Origin: Methanothermobacter sp. MT-2
GTDB taxonomy: Archaea > Methanobacteriota > Methanobacteria > Methanobacteriales > DSM-23052
Reading direction: 5' to 3'
Assembly: GCA_003584625.1 (NCBI GenBank)
Contig: AP017647.1
Coordinates: 760,603 to 792,602, forward strand
DNA length: 32,000 nt
Shown here: positions 25,151 through 32,000 of the stretch, one piece after another
How the letters are laid out: every line of letters begins with the position of its first letter
Position numbering within the stretch: position 1 is the first letter of the stretch
Program-made: the position numbers and the translations under genes
Notes under the pieces: generated by a model
Seen by the model: only the letters and a program-made list of their open reading frames with translations
The model's database searches: none
Told to the model about the DNA's origin: nothing

Positions 25151-26233
25151 TTAATTTTTGCTTATATTTGCTATCATGTTTAATTTTTCATGGGCGTCAA
25201 CTGCCCTTATATGTGCTTTCAAATCTTCTAGGATATCCTCTGATAGTCCTGAGAGTATCCTTGTTTTATATAATTGTACTTCGTCCATGCGCACTCTTGC
25301 GTTAAGGTCGGCGTCTATTAAACCGTAGGGGTAGCCTGGGAATGTTGGGTCAATGGCGTTTTCTCCAATGGCAGATATTACCTCGACTTCGTCATCATCT
25401 CCCTTGAGGAGGTCTAGGCGGAAAATATATTCTGTGAGTTTGTGTAATTTAACAACAAGGATTCTTAAGCCTGGAAGCTCCTTTCCATCCGCCCCTTTAT
25501 CTACTATGGGATGACACCACCTATCATATTTATTGTCTTTGGCAAACTTTTTAATGGAGGCTATTAGGGAGTTTCCTGTGGTGGTGGGGAGTGTGGATGT
25601 TTTTGAAAGGCCTGCGAGGTTAACACCCTTTTTGTGGGCGGTTTCCATTACTTTGTGCAAGTATTTGTTTTCTCCTTCAAATGATGCTTTAAGTGAACCA
25701 TCCCTTACTAGTATGTCACCATCATCAAGCTCTTCTTCTATTATGCTTGTGCTGAAGCTCCATTCTGCAAATCTGCGGGCTACAGAGAACATTCTACTCC
25801 GCTGATAGAAATCTGGGGGTCCTGGGAGCGTGAATGTAAGATCTTCTTCTCTTGGAAGGTATTTTGCATGCTCTTCTGAGAGTGGGAATATCTTCACTTT
25901 ACCTATCGGTGCATCTTCCAACTCATGGACATTGAAATAAGAGAGGAACTCTATCTTCTCAGGTATCCTTGAAGATGGTTTTCTGCGTTCTCTGCCCTTA
26001 AAAAGGTTGAAGTATACTCTGTTTACTTGTAATGAGAATCTTGGAGCCTCTAATATGGTGTTATTCCCGCCGTCGACAAAGGCCATAAGACGCGGTTCAA
26101 CATCCCTAAGAGGTTTGAAATAGGCCTTGTTAAAATCGTAAATCTTATAATCCCCGGATCGGAAGTATGGTCTGCCTATATCCTTTTTAACCTCTTTTTC
26201 AAGGGTTTTAATTATCCTTTCCAAGACCCCCAA
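25151..26233 (-). CDS. nurA: NurA 5'-3' nuclease
   Basis: NurA-type motifs MAFVDGGNN and ILVRDGSL, in an operon with herA. The start is uncertain: the track ATG at 26290 overlaps the upstream gene, while the TTG at 26233 lies 9 nt after GGAGG. Confidence 0.85.
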   Translation of the reverse strand: MGVLERIIKTLEKEVKKDIGRPYFRSGDYKIYDFNKAYFKPLRDVEPRLMAFVDGGNNTILEAPRFSLQVNRVYFNLFKGRERRKPSSRIPEKIEFLSYFNVHELEDAPIGKVKIFPLSEEHAKYLPREEDLTFTLPGPPDFYQRSRMFSVARRFAEWSFSTSIIEEELDDGDILVRDGSLKASFEGENKYLHKVMETAHKKGVNLAGLSKTSTLPTTTGNSLIASIKKFAKDNKYDRWCHPIVDKGADGKELPGLRILVVKLHKLTEYIFRLDLLKGDDDEVEVISAIGENAIDPTFPGYPYGLIDADLNARVRMDEVQLYKTRILSGLSEDILEDLKAHIRAVDAHEKLNMIANISKN

Positions 26234-26255
26234 TATTATAAATCCTCCGTGGGTT

Positions 26256-26813
26256 TTATTCTTTTTTCTCTGCGATAACAGCAGTCCCATATGCTAATAG
26301 TTCCTGCATTATATTGGAAATGGAATCAGAGTCGAACCTTGTACTTATAACAGCATTGGCTCCAAGTTCCCTTGCATGACTTATCATACGATCAATGGCT
26401 TCTTGACGTGCATGTTCCATCATGGTAACATATTCTTTGATCTCACCCCCACCAATAGACCTTAAATTGGCGGTTATCTGGCCTCCGAGTCCTCTGCTTC
26501 TTACTGTAAGACCATAAACTAAGCCAATGGTTTTAACAACATCATATCCAGGGATATAATTTGAGGTTACAACAATAAAATCCCCAGATACGATTGGAGC
26601 CTCTGGAGCCGCCATCTTCTCCTCCACAACCTTCTCTTCGAGTTTTGTGCCGCATTCCTCGCAGAAATTAGCTCCTGGCCCGTATTCCCTGCCACATGTC
26701 GGACAGTATTTGGTAGGTGCCTCTGTTCCCGGTCTTGGAGGGGTTGAAGGTTCAACCTCCCCTCTTCTTCTTTTTTCTTCCAATCTTCTTTTCATCTCTT
26801 CTGTAGATACCAT
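26256..26813 (-). CDS. YbjQ/UPF0145 (DUF74) domain protein with an N-terminal zinc ribbon
   Basis: CPTCGREYGPGANFCEECG zinc ribbon, then FIVVTSNYIPGYDVVKTIGLVYGLTVRSRG..GG.I....GGE, typical of YbjQ. ATG at 26813 lies 5 nt after GTGGGGGTGG. Confidence 0.8.
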   Translation of the reverse strand: MVSTEEMKRRLEEKRRRGEVEPSTPPRPGTEAPTKYCPTCGREYGPGANFCEECGTKLEEKVVEEKMAAPEAPIVSGDFIVVTSNYIPGYDVVKTIGLVYGLTVRSRGLGGQITANLRSIGGGEIKEYVTMMEHARQEAIDRMISHARELGANAVISTRFDSDSISNIMQELLAYGTAVIAEKKE

Positions 26814-27177
26814 ATCAACCACCCCCACATTTTCTCTCGATCAGATTCTTAAAAAACCCCCGATATTAGTAGAATGAGCCATCCAAGATCTTCCACATCC
26901 CCTAATATCCTTTTTTTATGGTATGGGGGTTCCTGGTGTTTTATTCCAAGGAGTTCATAATGCCACCTTGGGGGTAATATGCCCTCATTTCAAAAGGTAG
27001 ATTTTCAAACTATTTAACTTCTTCGGGGGGTGTGAACACAGTTAATTGTAATGTTAGTTCACCTATAATGAGATTAGGATGATGGCATCTATGTATAGAA
27101 TCATTGTAGAAAGATTATTAGATCATTTTTTCTTTAAGATACGGTTAAATATTAGATCTTGCTAGAAATGTTATCCT

Positions 27178-28551
27178 ATGAGGCTTCGAAGGGCTCTCAC
27201 ATTATTTGATGTTGTGAACCTTGTCATTGGAACTATAGTCGGCGCCGATATTTATATAGTGGCTGCTGTCGGCGCCGGAACCCTTGGACCTGCATCCATT
27301 TTATCATGGCTTATAGCAGGGTTCATGGCGATTATAATAGCACTTGTATTTGCAGAGGCCTCATCCTTACTACCTAGGGTTGGGGGTCCTTATGCTTATG
27401 CTAAACATGTTTTCGGGGATTTTTTAGGTTTTGTTGTGGGTTGGTCTCTTTGGGTTTCGTCTTGGGTGGCTATAGCGGTTTTCCCAGTTGCATTTGTTTC
27501 ATATTTGCTCCATTTTATTGCCTTGGATCCTATCATACAAGGCTTTGTTAAGGTTGTTTTCATAGTTTCTTTAACTATGATAAATTATAAGGGTGTGAAG
27601 TTGGCTGGTAAGGTTAATGATGCTTTAACTGTTTTGAAGCTCGCCCCACTTTTTATTTTTGCCATTGCGGGTTTGATCTATTTTTTCATGGAACCAGGCG
27701 TCCTAGTATCTAATTATGTGCCATTCGCACCCTATGGTTTCGGGGGTTTGGGTAGTGTTGTTGTTCTTGTTTTCTGGGCATATGTAGGTTTTGAACTTGT
27801 AACAGTACCATCTGATGAGGTTATAGACCCTGAGAAGACCATACCAAAGGCTATAATCCTTGGGATGGTATTTATCATGTTATTTTATCTTATCACGAAT
27901 TTTGTTATATTAGGTGTTGTACCATCAAAGCTGCTTGCAAACAGTAGCGCGCCACTGGCACTTGCAGGTTACATGCTACTAGGATCCTCAGGGGCTATGA
28001 TAATGACCCTAGGAGCCCTATTCTCAATATCGGGTTCTGAGGAGGCGGGTATACTCTCCACTGCCAGGATATTGTATGCTATGGCCTCTGATGGGCTTCT
28101 CCCAAGGATATTCGCCTCGGTGCATCCAAGGTATAAGACGCCCTATGTAAGTTTGGTTTTCCAGAACTTAACAGCTCTTCTAGCAGCACTTCTTGGAACC
28201 GCCACACAACTTATAAGTATTTCGGTGTTCACCCTACTATTCTGTTATATTTTAACTTGCATCTCATTACCATTACTTAAAAAAAGTAGGATCTCTGTTA
28301 AGGCTATCCTAGGATTTTTGATTTGTGTCTATCTTATGATTAACTGTTCTATTGATTCTATCATCTGGGGTTTGATTTTAACCTTTATTGGAATCCCATT
28401 ATATCTTAGGCATGCAACCCATCAAACCGACATTTATGTGAAGAGGCTGGCAAGACAATTACAAGATGCTATATTGGCTAGGAGGGAGAGAAGGTTTCTT
28501 GCAAGGTTTCTAAGGTCAATGCTAAACCTTATAATGAAACTGAAAAAATAA
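27178..28551 (+). CDS. APC-superfamily amino acid/polyamine permease
   Basis: About 12 predicted TM segments. The N-terminus LTLFDVVNLVIGTIVGADIYIV and FAEASSLLPRVGGPYAYA are typical of APC transporters. Confidence 0.88.
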   Translation: MRLRRALTLFDVVNLVIGTIVGADIYIVAAVGAGTLGPASILSWLIAGFMAIIIALVFAEASSLLPRVGGPYAYAKHVFGDFLGFVVGWSLWVSSWVAIAVFPVAFVSYLLHFIALDPIIQGFVKVVFIVSLTMINYKGVKLAGKVNDALTVLKLAPLFIFAIAGLIYFFMEPGVLVSNYVPFAPYGFGGLGSVVVLVFWAYVGFELVTVPSDEVIDPEKTIPKAIILGMVFIMLFYLITNFVILGVVPSKLLANSSAPLALAGYMLLGSSGAMIMTLGALFSISGSEEAGILSTARILYAMASDGLLPRIFASVHPRYKTPYVSLVFQNLTALLAALLGTATQLISISVFTLLFCYILTCISLPLLKKSRISVKAILGFLICVYLMINCSIDSIIWGLILTFIGIPLYLRHATHQTDIYVKRLARQLQDAILARRERRFLARFLRSMLNLIMKLKK

Positions 28552-28572
28552 CATTAAGGGGGGATATTCTTC

Positions 28573-30258
28573 TTATTTTAGAAATTTTCTGATTTCCTTT
28601 AGGTTCCTCGTGTTTATTATGTCTTTGGGTGTGGCCCATCCTCTTCTTGCTGTTTTAACACCCCATTTTATGTTGTGTAGGTCTGTGAGTCTGTGAGCGT
28701 CACTGTTTATTGCGAGTTTGCATCCGTATTCTATGGCCCTTTTTATGTAAATGTCTCTGATGTCTAGGCGGATTGGGTTGGCGTTTATTTCGAGTATTGT
28801 GCCTGTTTTGGCTGCTTCTTCGAATATTCTGTCGAGGTTTAGGGGGTATTCGTCTCTTTTGAATAGTTTTCTTCCGGTGGGGTGTCCTATGATATGTACA
28901 TGTTTGTTTTCTATGGCTGCGATTATTCTTTCTGTCATGTCTTCCCTTCCGGGTGAGTGTATGCTTGCTATTACAATGTCTAGTTTTGTTAGTATGTCAT
29001 CTGGGATGTCTAGGCGGCCGTCTAATCTTATGTTGGCTTCTATACCCTTGAGGATCTGTGTTTTAAGGTTTAGTTTGTCTATTTCTTCTATTTGTCTTTG
29101 GAGTTTTTCCTCGTTGAGGCCTCCTGTGATTTTTAGGGAGCTGCTGTGGTCTGTGATTGCTATATATTCGTATTGTAGGTTTTGGGCGGCTTTTGCAATG
29201 TCTTTTATGGTTTCGGTGCCGTCGCTCCATATGGTGTGGATGTGGAGATCTCCTTTGATTTGGTTTTCTTTTATGAGTTTTGGGAGTTTTCCCTGGGCTG
29301 CGGCTTCTATTTCTCCGTTGTTTTCTCGAAGTTCTGGTTGGATGTATTCTAGTCCTAGGGTTTTGAAGATTTCTTTTTCTGTTTTTGATGCTATTTTTTT
29401 CTTGTTTTTGTATAGTCCGTATTCGTTTAGTTTCATTGATTTTGACTGTGCTAGTTTTCGAAGTTCTATGTTGAATTCCATTGATCCTGTGAAGTATAGT
29501 AGGGCTGCGCCGAATTCTTCTTTCTTGAAGGTGCGTAGTTCACATTCAACTCCATCTTCTAGACGTATTATGGCCTTCTTGGGGCCTTTGGCTATTGTTT
29601 CATTGGCTATTTTTAGGGATGTGAAGTGTTCTATGATTTTTTCTGGGTTTTGTGTTATTGTGAGTAGGTCTATGTCTCCTATTGTTTCTTTTCCTCTTCT
29701 TATGGATCCGGCTATTTCTACTTTTTCTGTTTTTGGGTGTTCTTCTAGTATGGATTTTATGTATTGTGCTATGGGTTCTATGTAGGCTATTGGTTTTCTT
29801 CCCAGTGTTGATTGGACGAATTTGATGCTTTGGAGTATTCTTTTTTCTTTTTTTTCTCCTATTCCTTTTATTTTTTGGAGGTTGCCTTTTTTGGCGTGGT
29901 ATTCTAGGTCTTCTAGGTTTTGGATTTTGAGTTTTTCATAGAGTGTTTTTATTGTTTTGGGGCCTATTCCTTCTATTGCGAGTAGGCTGTCCATGTCTAT
30001 GGGGTATTCTTTTTCTAGTTTTTCTAGGTAGGATAGTTTGCCTGTTTTTAGTATTTCTTCTATTTTTTCTGCTATGTTTTCCCCTATTCCTGGCAGTTCT
30101 GTTAGTTTTCTTTTTTTGGCGTATTCTTTTATGTCTATTGGTAATAGTTGGATTGTGTGGGCTGCTTTTCTGTAGGCTTTAACTTTGAATGTTTCTTCTT
30201 CCATTTCTAGGAAGTCAGCTACCCTGTTCAGGATTTTAGCGACTAGTGCGTTTTTCAT
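28573..30258 (-). CDS. polX: family X DNA polymerase with a C-terminal PHP domain (PolX)
   Basis: HhH motifs (LPGIGENIAEKI, IEGIGPKTIK, IKGIGEKKEK), the Pol-beta nucleotidyltransferase motif GSIRRGKETIGDIDLL, YFTGS, and the PHP motifs GDLHIHTIWSDG, ITDHS and NSDAH. Confidence 0.92.
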   Translation of the reverse strand: MKNALVAKILNRVADFLEMEEETFKVKAYRKAAHTIQLLPIDIKEYAKKRKLTELPGIGENIAEKIEEILKTGKLSYLEKLEKEYPIDMDSLLAIEGIGPKTIKTLYEKLKIQNLEDLEYHAKKGNLQKIKGIGEKKEKRILQSIKFVQSTLGRKPIAYIEPIAQYIKSILEEHPKTEKVEIAGSIRRGKETIGDIDLLTITQNPEKIIEHFTSLKIANETIAKGPKKAIIRLEDGVECELRTFKKEEFGAALLYFTGSMEFNIELRKLAQSKSMKLNEYGLYKNKKKIASKTEKEIFKTLGLEYIQPELRENNGEIEAAAQGKLPKLIKENQIKGDLHIHTIWSDGTETIKDIAKAAQNLQYEYIAITDHSSSLKITGGLNEEKLQRQIEEIDKLNLKTQILKGIEANIRLDGRLDIPDDILTKLDIVIASIHSPGREDMTERIIAAIENKHVHIIGHPTGRKLFKRDEYPLNLDRIFEEAAKTGTILEINANPIRLDIRDIYIKRAIEYGCKLAINSDAHRLTDLHNIKWGVKTARRGWATPKDIINTRNLKEIRKFLK

Positions 30259-30284
30259 AGTCCCACATCGGGAAGAATAAAAGT

Positions 30285-31019
30285 TTAAAGGTTTATGGCT
30301 TTCACTATTTCTGTTATCTTTTCCTGGATGTTCGTGGCGTCTTCTACTATTGTCCCTGTTACTATTATGTCTGCTCCGGCTTTGGCTGCTCTTCTAGCGT
30401 CTTTTTCTGTTCTTATACCGCCGCCTACTATGAGTGTTAGGTTTGTGGATTTTTTCACCCTTTTTATCATCTTTGCTGGGACTGGTTTTTCGGCTCCTGA
30501 TCCTGCTTCTAGGTAGAATAGTCTCATGCCGAGTAGTTCTGCTGCCATTGCATAGGCTGCTGCTATGTCTGGTTTGTTTCTTGGGATGAGTTTGGCGTCT
30601 CCAACCCATCCTACTGTGCCTCCTGGTTCTATTACAAGGTATCCCATTGGTAGGGGTTCTATGTCCATTTTTTTTATGGTGGGTGCGGCTAGTGCTTGGG
30701 CTCCTATTATCCAGTATGGGTTTGTGGAGTTCAGGAGGCTCATGAAGAATATGGCGTCAGCGTATCCTGTGACGCCTGAAATGTTACCAGGGAATAATAT
30801 TATCGGAACTTTAAGGTTTTCTTTAAGCGTTTTTGCCGTGGCTTCTAGTTCCAGACCGTCTGTTGTGGATCCTCCGAGCATTATACCATCCGATCCTCCT
30901 TGGACCGCGGCTTTAGCTATCTTCAGGGCTTCTTGTGGTGTTTGTTCCTCTGGGTCGATTAGGGTGAGGTGGATTTTTCTCTCCTTGAGAATTTTATTAA
31001 AGTAATCTTCGACTTTCAT
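30285..31019 (-). CDS. geranylgeranylglyceryl phosphate synthase (PcrB/GGGPS family)
   Basis: A TIM-barrel PcrB-family sequence with ..HLTLIDPE.., GSDGIMLGGS, YLVIEPGGTVGWVG, LFYLEAGSGA and LIVGGGIR. It sits in an archaeal lipid and ribosome-gene neighbourhood. Confidence 0.9.
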   Translation of the reverse strand: MKVEDYFNKILKERKIHLTLIDPEEQTPQEALKIAKAAVQGGSDGIMLGGSTTDGLELEATAKTLKENLKVPIILFPGNISGVTGYADAIFFMSLLNSTNPYWIIGAQALAAPTIKKMDIEPLPMGYLVIEPGGTVGWVGDAKLIPRNKPDIAAAYAMAAELLGMRLFYLEAGSGAEKPVPAKMIKRVKKSTNLTLIVGGGIRTEKDARRAAKAGADIIVTGTIVEDATNIQEKITEIVKAINL

Positions 31020-31045
31020 CTCAGACCCAAAAAAAAGTAGATTTT

Positions 31046-31192
31046 TCAGCCTCTCGGATCCTTGGCTTTGAACCTTAAACCTTTATAGCCGCATTTTCTG
31101 CATCTTGTAGCGTTTGGCGGGTTTCTAGCATTACATTTGAAGCATATTTTGACGTTGAATATTCTCTCTTCTGCTACTTCGAATTTTGCCAT
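31046..31192 (-). CDS. rpl40e: 50S ribosomal protein L40e
   Basis: [48 protein letters not shown] is 48 aa with a C4 zinc ribbon. ATG at 31192 lies 5 nt after AGGTGAT. The longer track ORF is a spurious extension. Confidence 0.9.
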   Translation of the reverse strand: MAKFEVAEERIFNVKICFKCNARNPPNATRCRKCGYKGLRFKAKDPRG

Positions 31193-31197
31193 TAATA

Positions 31198-31704
31198 TCA
31201 CCTTATGAATTCTTCTTGGATTTTTATAACTTCTCGACTGTCTTTGGCTTTGGAGTATGCCTCTAATAGTTCTCTGTTGAGGTCTAGGAAGTGCGGACCC
31301 CATTTGAATGAGGACATTATATTGACTGCTATATCTTTTAATCCGATTATATAAAAGGTTGCTGCGAGGGCTTCTGCAGTGGACAATATTAGGGGTTTGC
31401 CATAATTAGTTGGGTTGGCGGCTACAAGATATGGTAGCGCCCTATGATATTTCTTCACTGCGAATATTGACGAAGATCTCCTAACTTCCTTCCATGAGCA
31501 GTCTAGGGCCGCCACTCCCCTTTTTAGTATCTGTTCTTTGTCTGTTGGTGATAGTGCTTTTTCTGCGAACGGGTTGAGCACTATGCTACCTGTTGGTATT
31601 CTTTTGATACTTGTTACTATTTTAAGTTTTCCCATCCTAGCCAGTTTTAGGCTTGTACATTTTTTCCTGTCACATTCTTCTGCATGATATACGATAATCT
31701 TCAT
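31198..31704 (-). CDS. tsr3: 16S rRNA aminocarboxypropyltransferase Tsr3
   Basis: [21 protein letters not shown].., ..ALDCSWKE.. and ..[24 protein letters not shown].. match the Tsr3 (DUF367/COG2042) family. Confidence 0.88.
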   Translation of the reverse strand: MKIIVYHAEECDRKKCTSLKLARMGKLKIVTSIKRIPTGSIVLNPFAEKALSPTDKEQILKRGVAALDCSWKEVRRSSSIFAVKKYHRALPYLVAANPTNYGKPLILSTAEALAATFYIIGLKDIAVNIMSSFKWGPHFLDLNRELLEAYSKAKDSREVIKIQEEFIR

Positions 31705-31706
31705 GT

Positions 31707-32000
31707 TTAAAATTGGTTTCTTTCATAGTCCATTATTTGGGGTATTGCAAGTGAGGGGTCGTTTAGCTGGTCGAGGTCATAGTATCTTCCGCCTGATAGC
31801 ATTGCAAGTTCCATGTTTATGTTGCGGCCTTGTTGGAATTTCCTTTCGAAGTTTATTACTATGGTGTGTATTTCGTTTTTGTTGAGTTCTCTTCCGAGTT
31901 CCATGACGTCTTGGATTGGTCTGCCTTTCATGCCGACGTTGGGCATCCCATCACTTAATATGAGCATTACTGGCACGTATTCTTCTTTTTTCTTTTCTTC
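31707..32000 (-). CDS. vWA-domain protein, C-terminal part (5' end beyond window)
   Basis: ..VMLILSDGMPNVG..., ..IHTIVINFE.. and ..LAMLSGGRYYDL.. are typical of the end of a von Willebrand A / ChlD-like domain. The reading frame stays open to the window edge. Confidence 0.7.
   Translation of the reverse strand, partial: EEKKKEEYVPVMLILSDGMPNVGMKGRPIQDVMELGRELNKNEIHTIVINFERKFQQGRNINMELAMLSGGRYYDLDQLNDPSLAIPQIMDYERNQF

Noticed and set aside
19782-26290. HerA-NurA as a novel HerA-associated defence system.
   Set aside because: They are flanked by canonical mre11 and rad50 with overlapping or near-abutting (4-nt) junctions. This is the standard archaeal end-resection operon, not a SIR2/DUF4297-HerA type defence module.
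27080-27130. Possible C/D-box sRNA (GGATGATGG) in the permease upstream region.
   Set aside because: The C box is imperfect (final A replaced by G), and no D box (CTGA) or terminal stem lies at the expected distance.
1-32000. CRISPR array or cas genes, looked for because of the Csa3-like regulator.
   Set aside because: I saw no repeat-spacer periodicity and no Cas-like ORFs in the window. The only tandem repeats are the DUF11 modules and an 11-nt duplication.

Overview
This window looks like a Methanobacteriales (pseudomurein-walled methanogen) chromosome segment. The left third (1-8650) is a decaying accessory zone. It holds a disrupted TnpB remnant, a frameshifted cupin, a degraded MNT/HEPN toxin-antitoxin pair, a CPBP protease, three predicted surface proteins (one a 5'-truncated DUF11-repeat protein), a TagF-like gene fragment and gene-poor DNA. 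The centre carries trxB, a tRNA-Glu/tRNA-Gly pair, an orphan Csa3-like CARF-wHTH regulator divergent from an ACT-ACT-MBL hydrolase, and a DUF169 cluster. A 13-kb co-directional minus-strand array follows: ybjQ-like, nurA, herA, mre11, rad50, three tandem Mur-ligase paralogues, a membrane-anchored VanW-like protein and a MobA-like nucleotidyltransferase. The right end has an APC permease, PolX, GGGP synthase, L40e, Tsr3 and a partial vWA gene. No CRISPR array or intact mobile element is visible. The most unusual signal is compositional. The window is a kilobase-scale mosaic of opposite GT-rich and AC-rich strand skew. The skew ignores gene boundaries, covers non-coding DNA, flips inside genes such as rad50, and gives neighbouring genes opposite synonymous codon usage. 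Other leads are uncharacterised members of the pseudomurein ligase operon, a tRNA-Gly with C at position 33, and G/C-run hairpin repeats in the accessory zone.
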